Assembly (NCBI GenBank): GCA_021736985.1
Contig: JAIPEW010000001.1
Span: 159,649-223,648, forward strand
Direction of reading: 5' to 3'
DNA from: Clostridiales bacterium
GTDB taxonomy: Bacteria; Bacillota; Desulfotomaculia; Desulfotomaculales; VENG01
Length of the DNA stretch: 64,000 bases
Position 1 is the first letter of the stretch. Each line of letters begins with the position of its first letter. This document shows, piece after piece, positions 39,069 to 48,908 of this stretch. The position numbers and the translations under genes were made by a program. Below the pieces are notes generated by a model, which was not told the origin of the DNA, searched no databases, and worked only from the letters and a program-made list of their open reading frames with translations.

Positions 39069-39800
39069 TTATGAAGACCTGGTGCGTTCAGGAGCAAAGT
39101 TCTTAGGGCTGAAATATAAATTTCCCGTGGTATCTAACATTGCTACCAGTAGTTCATCGGGGGATTGTATATTAAATTTTTTCAGCTGTTCCATCAGCCA
39201 GCTTTCAGACAGATTATTTCTATTTAAGTTGTCCTGGATTATGTTGCCGTCTTCGATCAGCATTACCGGGTACCCTTCGTATTTTGTGGTAATACTTAAA
39301 TCTGCCGGTGTAACCGGCCTGCTCTGGGATTTTGGTATAACGCTCAATTTACCATTAGGTTCAAGAACAGCAAATTCAACATTCCCCGGGTTAAAAAAAT
39401 TTTTTTGTCTAAGTTGAGACATTAAAGTATCCAGGTTTATTTTTGTTTTTTTCATGGCTTGTTCCAGCAATTGTCCATTTTGTATTAAAATTATAGGTTC
39501 TTCAGCAATAACTCTTCTGATCCTGGAAAAATTTAAGGCTATATAGCTTAAAAAAATCTGTGTTGCAGCAAGCGTGGTAAGGGTAACAAAAGGACCGGTT
39601 AAACTGTTGTTGCTGCTGGAAAGAACACCTCCTAAAATACTGCCGACTGTAACAGCAATGATAAAATCAAAAAGTCTCAGCTGCCCTATTTCACGCTGTC
39701 CCATTAACTTGGTTAACAATAACATGTAAAAATATATTACAACAGCTCTTAAAAACCACTGTAAAACAGTAAGACTTTCTTGAGACTCCCAGAATGACAT
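39069..39800 (-). CDS. DUF421 (YetF-like) membrane protein
   Basis: LLLTKLMGQREIGQLRLFDFIIAVTVGSILGG N-terminal pattern plus a soluble C-terminal domain. Confidence 0.65.
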   Translation of the reverse strand: MSFWESQESLTVLQWFLRAVVIYFYMLLLTKLMGQREIGQLRLFDFIIAVTVGSILGGVLSSSNNSLTGPFVTLTTLAATQIFLSYIALNFSRIRRVIAEEPIILIQNGQLLEQAMKKTKINLDTLMSQLRQKNFFNPGNVEFAVLEPNGKLSVIPKSQSRPVTPADLSITTKYEGYPVMLIEDGNIIQDNLNRNNLSESWLMEQLKKFNIQSPDELLVAMLDTTGNLYFSPKNFAPERTRSS

Positions 39801-39995
39801 GTGCGGGCCCCTTTTTATGGATAATGTTGTAGTTTATAGTCTATCAACAATTAAGTATAATTATAGTAATAGAAAATAACCAAAATATTACATAAACACT
39901 TTTTGCATGGTTAGCAAAAACAAGTTTGAATTTAGTTGCACCTGCAATTGCAATTGCAGAGGAAACCGTTTTTAATAGAGAGGGATTAAGAGTAT

Positions 39996-40424
39996 ATGAA
40001 AAAGGTGGGCTTAAAAGGACAAAAGTAGCTCAAAACGCATAGTGCAAAGAAGAAGCATAAGGTCCTACAGGGAGGAACAAATCAAAGAAGAGGAATTAAA
40101 TGATATTTTGCAAGCAGGGATGTACGCGCCAAGTGCAGGCAATCAACAGCCCTGGCATTTTACAGTCATACAAAATAAAGAGATTATGCAAAATATAAGG
40201 CAGGAGCTGAAGGAGTATTTTAAAAAATCGAAAAATAAAATGTTTAAAAAAATAGCAGAAAGTGAAAATTTCGACCCGTTTCATAATGCGCCAGCTGCTG
40301 TGATAGTGAGTGGAGATGAAAAAGCTTTGCTGCCTCTTTGTACGCTGCTTCGTTTGGATATAAGGGAACAGAAAAAGTAGAAGTTCCTCCAAGAAAAGGT
40401 AACCCGGTTAATTATATAAGATAA
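39996..40424 (+). pseudogene. nitroreductase family gene, decayed (N-terminal frameshift and internal deletion/frameshift)
   Basis: ATG 39996 gives MKKVGLKGQK then a stop. A second frame carries RRSIRSYREEQI...APSAGNQQPWHFTVIQ...HNAPAAVIVSGDE and ends early. A third frame carries the expected tail GYKGTEKVEVPPRKGNPVNYIR. Confidence 0.65.
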
Positions 40425-40515
40425 TAATGTTTAGAAGCAGGAAATACTGCGTAGTATAATGAACTTCTAAAAAACCGCACAGAGATGTGGTTTTTTTAAA
40501 TAAAAAAAAGAAAAG

Positions 40516-41955
40516 GTGTCTTTAGAAATGCAGTTAAATACAGTACTAAATTCAATAAAACAAATAGCTCCCGGCAGGTGTTATCTCGTAGGAGGAAGTG
40601 TACGTGATCTGCTTCTGGAGCGTATTTCCAGTGATATTGACATGGTAGTGACCGGCAGTGCCGGGGATACCGTGTACCGGCTTGCCGAATTAACCGGTAT
40701 TAAACCCGTGGTTTTGTCTGCAGAGCATGACATAATGCGTGCTGTTATCAGCGGCAGCTGCCACCTGGATATTACAGGCCTGGGGGAAAGAAACCTGGAA
40801 GATGACTTAAAAAGGCGCGACTTTACTATCAACGCAATGGCCCTGCCTCTGGAATCCTACCTGCAGAAAAATTACCGGGATATTATTGATCCCCTCGGCG
40901 GGTTAAATGACTTGCAGCAGGGGAGAATAAAGGCCTGCTCATCGCAGGTTTTTGAGGAAGACCCACTCAGGACGCTGAGAGCAATGCGCCTGAAATGTCA
41001 GCTGGGTTTTAGCATTGAAAACGGTACATTCAAACTGATGCAGAATACGCGCAGGCCCCTTTCTGACGTGCCCGGGGAGCGCACCTGGGAGGAATTGTGT
41101 CATATATTTTATACCCCTGGTTCGTACGCGGCATTTGATTTGTTGAGCCGGGAAACCGGGATTTTAGGGCAGCTTTTTCCCGAGGTAGATTCAATGCGGG
41201 AAACTGAGCAAAACTATTACCATGCCGACAATGTATGGGTGCACTGCCTGAAAACCCTGTATTATTTTGAGCAAATACTCCAGGGTGATTACTTACCTGC
41301 CGATTTAAATGAAAAAATCCCCGGCTATTTATACCAGCTTATTACTAATATAAGAACGCGCCTCCCCGTGATAAAGCTGGCCTGTCTTTTTCACGATGTA
41401 GGCAAGCTGTATACCTGGAAAAGGCGCAGTGACGGGCGTATAACTTTTTACGGGCACCACACAGCGGGGGGCCCGGTTGCGCAAGAAATAGGGGAGAAGC
41501 TTAAAATGAGCAGGCAGGAACAGAACTTGCTGCGCCTTTTAGTAGAGCAGCACATGCAGCCGCTTTTTCTTTATAAAGAAACCCCCTCGGACAAGGCAGT
41601 GATTAAGTTTTTCCGCAAACTCTGTGAAGAAGTACCGGGCTGTTTAACTCTCAGCCTGGCAGACGTGTGCAGCAGCAGGGGAAGTACAGGCAGAGAAGAC
41701 CTTGCCCGGCAATATTCCAAGTATATCTCGGGATTGCTGGCACGATATTTTGAAGAAAAAGAAGACATAATAAATCCCCGCCTGCTTTTAAGCGGAGACG
41801 AAATATGCAGCATGTTTAACTTAAACCCGTCACCATTTATAGGCAGGATAAAAAATACCCTGCAGGAGGCACAGGCCGAAGGCCGCGTTAAAAACAGGCA
41901 GGAAGCAGTAGATGTAGTGAAAGAACTGGTAGGTAAGGTAGATTGGGAGAAGTAA
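40516..41955 (+). CDS. cca: CCA-adding tRNA nucleotidyltransferase / poly(A) polymerase family protein with HD domain
   Basis: GGSVRDLLL, RRDFTINAMA, EDPLRTLRAMRL, then LFHDVGK (HD). The start could be ATG 40528. Confidence 0.8.
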   Translation: MSLEMQLNTVLNSIKQIAPGRCYLVGGSVRDLLLERISSDIDMVVTGSAGDTVYRLAELTGIKPVVLSAEHDIMRAVISGSCHLDITGLGERNLEDDLKRRDFTINAMALPLESYLQKNYRDIIDPLGGLNDLQQGRIKACSSQVFEEDPLRTLRAMRLKCQLGFSIENGTFKLMQNTRRPLSDVPGERTWEELCHIFYTPGSYAAFDLLSRETGILGQLFPEVDSMRETEQNYYHADNVWVHCLKTLYYFEQILQGDYLPADLNEKIPGYLYQLITNIRTRLPVIKLACLFHDVGKLYTWKRRSDGRITFYGHHTAGGPVAQEIGEKLKMSRQEQNLLRLLVEQHMQPLFLYKETPSDKAVIKFFRKLCEEVPGCLTLSLADVCSSRGSTGREDLARQYSKYISGLLARYFEEKEDIINPRLLLSGDEICSMFNLNPSPFIGRIKNTLQEAQAEGRVKNRQEAVDVVKELVGKVDWEK

Positions 41956-42315
41956 AAGGAAATACCCATTTTTGTACAAGAAGAAATATCAGGGAACGTG
42001 TTACTAATAAAAGTTGTATTTACATCTGAAAAAATCAATATTCCGACAACAATTAAAGCCACATGAATCAACTGATCTACAATGAACAACTTAAAAAGGT
42101 AGTGGAAACGTCACCTGTGCCAGGTGGCAAAGGCTTCCCTGTGGTTTGGAAGACACCATTCAATGGTTAAAAAAATTACTTTATCTTTATGCCCCCCCCC
42201 CGGGATATACCTCCAGTTAACTAACTATCATTATTTCTTTATTTGTCAGAATGCCTTTCTTTTACATATCCACTACCCTGTTATTTGTATAACTGCGCTT
42301 CCTATATAATCATTC

Positions 42316-43239
42316 CTAGTTTTCTGATGTATGTTTTTTCTTAAAAAACATACCTGCAATAAAAATTATAACTCCTACAGCACTATAAATAATTGGAACA
42401 ATATATACTTGTGATATAGTGTATTCTGTAGTAGATAAAAGAACTTCTGAATTCAGTGGTATGTTATTAAAATTAATAACTAAAGATCTTAAAGCAAATT
42501 GTGCTGTATACAGGATGATTAAAAATGTAAGACCCGATATAAGTGCAGCTGAACCAAACCACTTTAAACCTTTACTAATGCCTATGAGAAGACAAATGAG
42601 TCCTAAAACTAGGGCAAAAAACATGTAAGGCAAGTATTGGAAATAGCTTCGGTAAGTTTGTATCTTAGTGATAATTGTTTCAGACATACTGCTTCCTGCT
42701 GTTAATTCTGCAAGGTTAATCTGATCAGGGATATCAATTTCTTCTGTTATTTTATATGCGTCGGATTTTATCACTTCAGGGACAGGTTCCTTTCCGTCAT
42801 AATTAGCATTTTCTAATCTATTACTTAATTCGTTTTTAAATCGTTCTTTGCCAGTTTCCAAATTAATAACTGCTGTTAGATTTTCCTGGTTTCCTTTTAC
42901 TACTGCCAGTATATCATTCACTACCTTAAGTACTTGCTTCTCCATCCATTCCACGTGGTAAGCTTCTCCCAATGAATTAACAATAATTTCTGAAAATCCC
43001 TTTCCTTTATCTTCCGCGTATTCAAATTGTTCAGAAGGAATTTGCTCCAGAATTGTCTGCTTCATATTTGACTGAAAGCCTTCATGAAGATGTTTGACTA
43101 CATTTACTTCATTTATTAGACCGTGATAATAAGGTGAATTAATAACAGTTCTTTCCACCCCCATCCCCGCTAAATATATCCATCCACCAATTACAAAGAC
43201 TATCAGCAATAACGCAGCAGCAATCTTTTTAATAGCCAT
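42316..43239 (-). CDS. hypothetical membrane protein (N-terminal anchor plus C-terminal TM bundle)
   Basis: 307-aa ORF with hydrophobic segments at both ends. No family recognised. Confidence 0.5.
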   Translation of the reverse strand: MAIKKIAAALLLIVFVIGGWIYLAGMGVERTVINSPYYHGLINEVNVVKHLHEGFQSNMKQTILEQIPSEQFEYAEDKGKGFSEIIVNSLGEAYHVEWMEKQVLKVVNDILAVVKGNQENLTAVINLETGKERFKNELSNRLENANYDGKEPVPEVIKSDAYKITEEIDIPDQINLAELTAGSSMSETIITKIQTYRSYFQYLPYMFFALVLGLICLLIGISKGLKWFGSAALISGLTFLIILYTAQFALRSLVINFNNIPLNSEVLLSTTEYTISQVYIVPIIYSAVGVIIFIAGMFFKKKHTSEN

Positions 43240-43368
43240 TCATTTAAACCATCTTTCTTAAATTTTTAGAACAGGTCTCCCTGTTAATGGACGCTTTGAA
43301 AAATAAAAAAGCAGCCAGGAATACTGACGGGAGTTAAAAGAAATGCCAGTCATGTCCAGTTTATCATA

Positions 43369-43971
43369 TTACCTTAATACCGAATACGCTTCTTCTAGTC
43401 CCCCGTAAAGAGCTTTTAAGAATTCACCTGTTGGCTTAATTTTCTTCTTTCCATTTTGTTTATTAATTTTAATTTCCACATTAAATTCTTTTTTTGGAAA
43501 TTCTTTTTGCTCTAGCCTGTTGATAAAATATTGCGTTTGTATATCACCGGCGTCCTCCGGTTTTGCTGCATACATTTTTCCTTCAGCCTGCCGGGCTATT
43601 TCCAGCATATCCGGTGCTATTATCTTTATATTAATTGATTCGTTGTTTTCTTGTTCGTTTAACATGTTTATAGTATAGTGTAATTGAGAAAAGAGTAACG
43701 ATGTAAGCTTTTCATTGTCAGTTTTTATTAACCCCTTTTTATATTCTTCCACTATATATTTTTTTGCATCTTCGCATTGACCGTTTTTTAAATGTTCTAT
43801 AAAATTAACGATTATTTCTTCACTTGATACCTGCTCTGAATGTTTTTCTTCCTGGTTTGCAGTATTTGAATCTTTTGTCCCGCAGCCTGCTAAAAATAAT
43901 ACCAATAAAAATAATAAAACAATTACTACTACGGGTTTCACAGTCGTCCTAAAATTTCCTAAAACCAACAT
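43369..43971 (-). CDS. putative lipoprotein
   Basis: Leader VVIVLLFLLVLFLAGCGTKDS (lipobox LAGC), 200 aa. Confidence 0.55.
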   Translation of the reverse strand: MLVLGNFRTTVKPVVVIVLLFLLVLFLAGCGTKDSNTANQEEKHSEQVSSEEIIVNFIEHLKNGQCEDAKKYIVEEYKKGLIKTDNEKLTSLLFSQLHYTINMLNEQENNESINIKIIAPDMLEIARQAEGKMYAAKPEDAGDIQTQYFINRLEQKEFPKKEFNVEIKINKQNGKKKIKPTGEFLKALYGGLEEAYSVLR

Positions 43972-44372
43972 ATCACCTCCAATTGTAAAGTTTATTAATC
44001 ATTAGTACTTTTATTGTAATTGTTTTTTACAAAAACACCTGCATAAGAAATCTCCTGTGAATGATTTGTACATCATAAAAATTGTCACGCTCAGCCCTGA
44101 TAATATTGGAAAAATATTTAATACAGGTATCATACCTAAAAGTAATATGATAACAAATAAGTCAGAAAAAAAAACAAGATTCTGATTCTGTATGGTATGA
44201 AATCTAACCATAAGACATTACATAATAACGCTTCTACATTCTAGTTTATGCCCAATGATATTTTATTAGTTATTGTTATCTTCACCTCCCTTTTACTTAA
44301 ATTTGTTATAATTTTCTTATAGATCAATATATTTTTCAATATGAAAAACCTTTCTTTTGGGGGAGAATTTCT

Positions 44373-45542
44373 ATGAAAAAAATTATCTTGTTTGGATTTA
44401 CCCTGCTGATTATAGTTACAATGGCCGGTTGCTCTAATAACAATGATCAAACAGTTGAAAAAAATAAACAGCAACAACAGGCAACCTGGAAATCAGAAAT
44501 GCCTGTTAATATAAATGCAGAAGATTCACTTCATTCTGTACATTTTATTGACCCAAATACCGGCTGGCTGGTTAAAAACGAAAACAAAGATAATGAACAA
44601 ATTTCACAAATTTTACACACTAAAGACAGCGGGAAAAACTGGAAAGAAATAAAAATTGGCAACTTTCTAATAAAACAGTTATTATTTATTGATAAAACCA
44701 CAGGGTGGGTAATTACACAAACTGGTGGTAAAGATGACCCTAATAAAAAGAAGGCTGCGGTAAAAATCATGCATACTAATAATGGAGGTAGAAACTGGGA
44801 ACTTTAATGGAAAGATAATATAGATATAACAGGGGAATTTGACTTGTGGTTTGAAAATAAGAAAAAAGGCTATGTTTTGCTCGGCGAAACACTGCTTTCT
44901 ACCGAAAGCGGCGGCAGAGAATGGTCCCCGGTTTCTTTTGAAATCAATAATTTTGTTCCTCGACATATTAGCTTTATCGATGCCGGTACAGGCTGGGTCA
45001 GCGGCAAAATTATTCAGAAAAAAAAGAATACAGAAAACAAACTACTTGTATTAAAAACTACTGATGAAGGAAAACACTGGCAGAAGCAGCTAAAAAAATT
45101 TTACCCTGGCAGTTCTCCTGCAAAAAGCATAGATATTCAATTTATTGATGAAACAACTGGTTGGTTTCTAACATCAAATTTAAATACCTGGAAAGGAGAA
45201 CTGTATTATACTTCAAGTTCAGGGCGCAAGTGGAAAAAAATCAACGAAATTAAATGTGTAAGACCTACCCCGAAAGAACTCTTTTTTACCGGTAAACAAG
45301 TAGGTTGGATCGTACTGGATGCCGGTGCAGGACCGGTTTCAGGAGGACTTCTATTTACCCGGGATGGCGGAAAAAATTTTGACTTATTTAATAATAAAAA
45401 CAAGCCTGTTAGTATGAAAGAAATTTATTTCACTTCTAAGCAGTATGGTTGGACTATTGGCAGCAAACCCAAGCAGGGAGATTATCTTATCCGCACCAAT
45501 GACGGCGGCAAGACCTGGGCCCAGGTCTTGCCGGAACAATAG
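44373..45542 (+). pseudogene. BNR/Ycf48-like beta-propeller lipoprotein interrupted by one in-frame TAA
   Basis: ORFs 44373-44807 and 44844-45542 are in the same frame. The only interruption is TAA at 44805-44807. S/T-x-D/N-G-G-x-x-W blades (TKDSGKNW, TNNGGRNW, TESGGREW, TTDEGKHW, SSSGRKW, TRDGGKNF, TNDGGKTW) continue across it. Lipobox TMAGCS. Confidence 0.7.
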
Positions 45543-45708
45543 TCGTCAAATTTTATATCTTTTGGTGAAACTCCCGGGCCCCAGGTCTCTCTGTTACCAT
45601 ACCTGTTTAGCAGGTAAATAAACTTAAAAGGAAGGTGAAAGCCTGGTCAAGGAGATGACGCTTGTTTTGTAATTAAAAACAGTCAAGTTTTTTGAACCAG
45701 GTATAGAT

Positions 45709-47856
45709 TTGAGAAAAAATTTTTTAATTTTATTTATCTTGATTTTGTTTACAACACTTGCAGGGTGTGGAAAACAGGAGGATACTGACCTGTCTAGTGG
45801 TGTTCCCGTTAAACTGGAATCTAGCACTTCTAAGTTTGCTGAATATCATAAGTATCCGGTTGAAGTAAATCCATCCGTAGAACCTTACGATATAGAAACG
45901 GGTTTGAGCAATGTATCCAACAGGGATATGTTTGATTTCTCCCCGGCAGCAAAAAAGCTTTTGGAAAAAAACGGCTTTGTGGTGGTCCCGGCAGAAATTA
46001 AAGAATTTTATAGCCTTTATGAAAGTAATCGCTATCTTAGAAGGCCCAGTTTTATCACCATAGACTCCATGCTCCACAATTACCACTTATTCTTTGATCG
46101 CTTACTGAAGGTTACAGAGAGGGACGAGTTGGTCCCAAAACTTAAAAAGTTGACCCAATCTATGTTGAATGAATCAAAGGAACAGTATAACGAACTAAAA
46201 GACACAGAGTGGGAAAGCGCTGCTTTAAGGAACGTAGGCTTTTTTGCTGTCTCCGCCGAGCTGCTGAATTTGGATGTTTCAGTGCCTTCAACCGTAAAGG
46301 ATGAGGTAAATAAAGAGTTGGGACTTATTGAAGCACAGAATGAAATAGCTCCCTCCCCTCTTATGAACAGAGACGAGTCTTATAAGCCGAAAGAAGTATT
46401 TAAGGAAGATTATACTCAGTACTTACCCAGGGGGCACTATACCGAAAGTAGAGAACTTGAATCATATTTTAAGGCCATGATGTGGTACGGTAGGATGACC
46501 TTCCGCGTAAAAAGCGAAGATGAGACAAAGTCTGCCATACTTGTAACTACGGCTTTAAACAGGGGAGATAATTTAAAGAATTGGGAAGACATATACGCCC
46601 CTACGAAATTTTTTGTAGGCCAGAGCGATGACGTAAACTATCAAGAATATAGCCGGCTTTTACAGGAAGTATATGGAGATGAAATCTTACTACAGAATTT
46701 AGTGGAGAATAATGAGAAGTTTAACGAGTTTTTAAAAGCAGCCCAAAATATGGATCCTCCTGCCATAAATTCAGTACCTATATATGATGAAAACTTAAAC
46801 CCGGACCGAGAAGAGGAAATACAAGGTTTTCGCTTCATGGGACAGCGATTTACCCTGGATGCCTTTATCTTTGACAAGCTTGTCTACCGGGATGTTAAGC
46901 CGAACAGCAGCGGTGAAAGGCGAATGTTACCTAAGGGCCTGGATATACCTGCTGCCATGGGTTCTTCTGTAGCATACAATATACTGGAATCAGAGAGTGA
47001 TACTGAGTATAAAGGTTATCCTGAAAACATGAATAAGTTGCAAAATTTTATCAACCACCTGGATGCAAATGCTTGGACCCAGAACCTGTACTGGGGATGG
47101 CTGTATACACTAGAGGCTTTGACCGGCGAGAGAGGTAAAGGCTATCCTTCTTTTATGCAGAACCAAGCCTGGTCCAAAAAGGAACTCAACACTTTTTTGA
47201 GCAGTTGGACGGAGTTAAAGCACGATACTATCTTGTATTCTAAGCAGGTATACGCAGAAATGGGAGGTCCACCGGAAAGAGATGACCGTGGTTACGTGGA
47301 ACCTTCCCCGCGTGTATATGCCCGCATAGCCTCACTATGCAAAATGACCGTGGAAGGACTTGCTAGTCGCGACTTGATCAGTAAACGGGACCTGGAAAGC
47401 CTGAAAAGGCTAGAAAAACTGGCCCTCTCCCTAAAAACAATCTCTGAAAAAGAACTTTCCAATATGCCGTTAACTGAAGAAGAACACAACTTAATTCGTT
47501 CTTACGGCGGCCAACTAGAACACTTTTGGCTGGAAGCCATGCGGGATAAAGAAGAAAAAGATTGTGCACCAAGCAGTATGAAAAACAGTCCGGCAGCAAT
47601 AGTAGCCGACATCGCTACTGATCCTGAAGGTAGACAGGTACTGGAAGAAGCTACGGGAAACATTTTTGAAATCTACTCTATAGTACCTATCGGTGACAGT
47701 TTGAGAATTGCAAAGGGCGGAGTATACTCGCACTACGAGTTTTCCCAACCAATAAAAGAACGCCTCACTAACGAAGCATGGCATGAGATGTTGGAAAAAG
47801 GAGATGTCCCGCCGTTTGATGAGTGGAAAAAAGATTTTATTGCCGTTGAAAAATAA
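45709..47856 (+). CDS. DUF3160-like lipoprotein (715 aa)
   Basis: Lipobox TLAGCG. The segments YLPRGHYT, FRFMGQRFTLD and ELKHDTILYSKQ resemble DUF3160 family proteins from memory. TTG start. Confidence 0.55.
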   Translation: MRKNFLILFILILFTTLAGCGKQEDTDLSSGVPVKLESSTSKFAEYHKYPVEVNPSVEPYDIETGLSNVSNRDMFDFSPAAKKLLEKNGFVVVPAEIKEFYSLYESNRYLRRPSFITIDSMLHNYHLFFDRLLKVTERDELVPKLKKLTQSMLNESKEQYNELKDTEWESAALRNVGFFAVSAELLNLDVSVPSTVKDEVNKELGLIEAQNEIAPSPLMNRDESYKPKEVFKEDYTQYLPRGHYTESRELESYFKAMMWYGRMTFRVKSEDETKSAILVTTALNRGDNLKNWEDIYAPTKFFVGQSDDVNYQEYSRLLQEVYGDEILLQNLVENNEKFNEFLKAAQNMDPPAINSVPIYDENLNPDREEEIQGFRFMGQRFTLDAFIFDKLVYRDVKPNSSGERRMLPKGLDIPAAMGSSVAYNILESESDTEYKGYPENMNKLQNFINHLDANAWTQNLYWGWLYTLEALTGERGKGYPSFMQNQAWSKKELNTFLSSWTELKHDTILYSKQVYAEMGGPPERDDRGYVEPSPRVYARIASLCKMTVEGLASRDLISKRDLESLKRLEKLALSLKTISEKELSNMPLTEEEHNLIRSYGGQLEHFWLEAMRDKEEKDCAPSSMKNSPAAIVADIATDPEGRQVLEEATGNIFEIYSIVPIGDSLRIAKGGVYSHYEFSQPIKERLTNEAWHEMLEKGDVPPFDEWKKDFIAVEK

Positions 47857-48466
47857 GTATATCTTGATTATCCTTACTGTTTTGGTAACTATCTCTGTCT
47901 TTACAGGTTATTATATAACCCTAGGGATGGATGAAAAGGATCATATATTTAATTCAATCGATTATTTGCCCGTAACTGAGCTTGAAAAAGTATGCAAGTA
48001 TGATCTAAATAAAAACGGCACTTGCGAGAAAATTATTTTAAAAGACGGTGTCTTAAAAATATATTCCGGTTCGCTGCTCCTTTGGAGCAGCGAACCGGAA
48101 AACTGGTGGGTAGACTTTTTCTTTCCGGGTGATTCTGACAATGATAGAGTGCCGGAGTTGAACATGGTAGTATGGAAAAAAGGAAACTTCGGTCCCGTCA
48201 AACCATTCTGGGTTAAAGAAGACAATAACAGCATAAAATGCCACCTCTTCGTATTTCGCCTACAAAAATATGAACTTTACCCGGTATGGATGTCTTCAAA
48301 TCTTCCCCACCCCATCTACAAAGCAGAGCTCAATGACATCACCGGCAACGGTAAAAACGAACTAATAATAACAGCAGGCAGTTACAACAACCCTGGCAAA
48401 AAGGAGACTATGGTATGGAAATGGGACGAGTGGGGGTTCACTCAAGTACAAAATTCGAACATTTAA
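47783..48466 (+). CDS. membrane-anchored protein with FG-GAP/VCBS-like loops
   Basis: TM segment YILIILTVLVTISVFTGYYI. Loops DLNKNGTCE, GDSDNDRVPE and DITGNGKNE. The true start is probably TTG 47840 or 47846, near the upstream stop. Confidence 0.5.
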   Translation: MRCWKKEMSRRLMSGKKILLPLKNKYILIILTVLVTISVFTGYYITLGMDEKDHIFNSIDYLPVTELEKVCKYDLNKNGTCEKIILKDGVLKIYSGSLLLWSSEPENWWVDFFFPGDSDNDRVPELNMVVWKKGNFGPVKPFWVKEDNNSIKCHLFVFRLQKYELYPVWMSSNLPHPIYKAELNDITGNGKNELIITAGSYNNPGKKETMVWKWDEWGFTQVQNSNI

Positions 48467-48522
48467 GCACTCAATACTATTAAGTTTCTTAATGATTTCA
48501 TAAAATCCTAAACTCAGAAAAA

Positions 48523-48627
48523 AGATAATTTTCTCAGAGGAATTGAAATATACACCCGAGAACATAGTTGCGCCCGGTATGGCCTGAGATTTCTCAGAAA
48601 AAAAGATAATTCACTCATTAAAACCTG
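48523..48627 (+). repeat. two 24-25 nt direct repeats 80 bp apart in the AT-rich spacer upstream of the cas cassette
   Basis: ctcagaaaaaagataattttctca (48523-48546) and ctcagaaaaaaagataattcactca (48603-48627). Confidence 0.6.
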
Positions 48628-48666
48628 TCCATAGCTTTAAGTCGATAAAAATTTTTCATTATTTAT

Positions 48667-48696
48667 AAAGACAGTCATATATAAATGGCTGTCTTT
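48667..48696. terminator. orphan strong hairpin (terminator-like)
   Basis: aaagacagtcat(48667-48678) pairs with atggctgtcttt(48685-48696) with one G-U pair and a 6-nt loop. No gene ends nearby. Confidence 0.35.
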
Positions 48697-48908
48697 TATA
48701 ATTTGTATGTTTTATAGATTTTTTTATATGAAGTAAAAAGAGCGTTTTTTTTGGATCTTATATAGCAAATTTTATGAACTTTTTAAAATTAAAAATATGA
48801 GAAGAGTTGTATAATTTGTCGACTGATTAATAAAATAACTTCAAAGGAAAAAGTAACCAAATGTTGAAAAAAAACAATTAATTATATTTTTCAGAAAAGA
48901 GGGGTTTT

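Noticed and set aside
41571-42089. 172-aa minus-strand ORF overlapping the 3' end of cca.
   Set aside because: It is mostly antisense to a well-supported CDS. Only its first 40 or so codons lie in intergenic DNA, and they carry no recognisable signal.
42192-42201. C10 homopolymer tract as a possible phase-variation switch.
   Set aside because: It lies in non-coding DNA downstream of both flanking genes (cca on + and 42316-43239 on -). It is not in a promoter or coding region, so I cannot infer a switchable target.
44011-44211. 66-aa hydrophobic minus-strand ORF.
   Set aside because: It has no SD upstream of the ATG and sits in an AT-rich context. It could be a small membrane protein, but the sequence alone does not support that.
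45510-45529. 20-bp perfect palindrome aagacctgggcccaggtctt, with a related gccccaggtct copy at about 45579-45589.
   Set aside because: It lies inside the last codons of the BNR-like gene and is not followed by a U-run. It may contribute to termination but cannot be supported as a distinct element.
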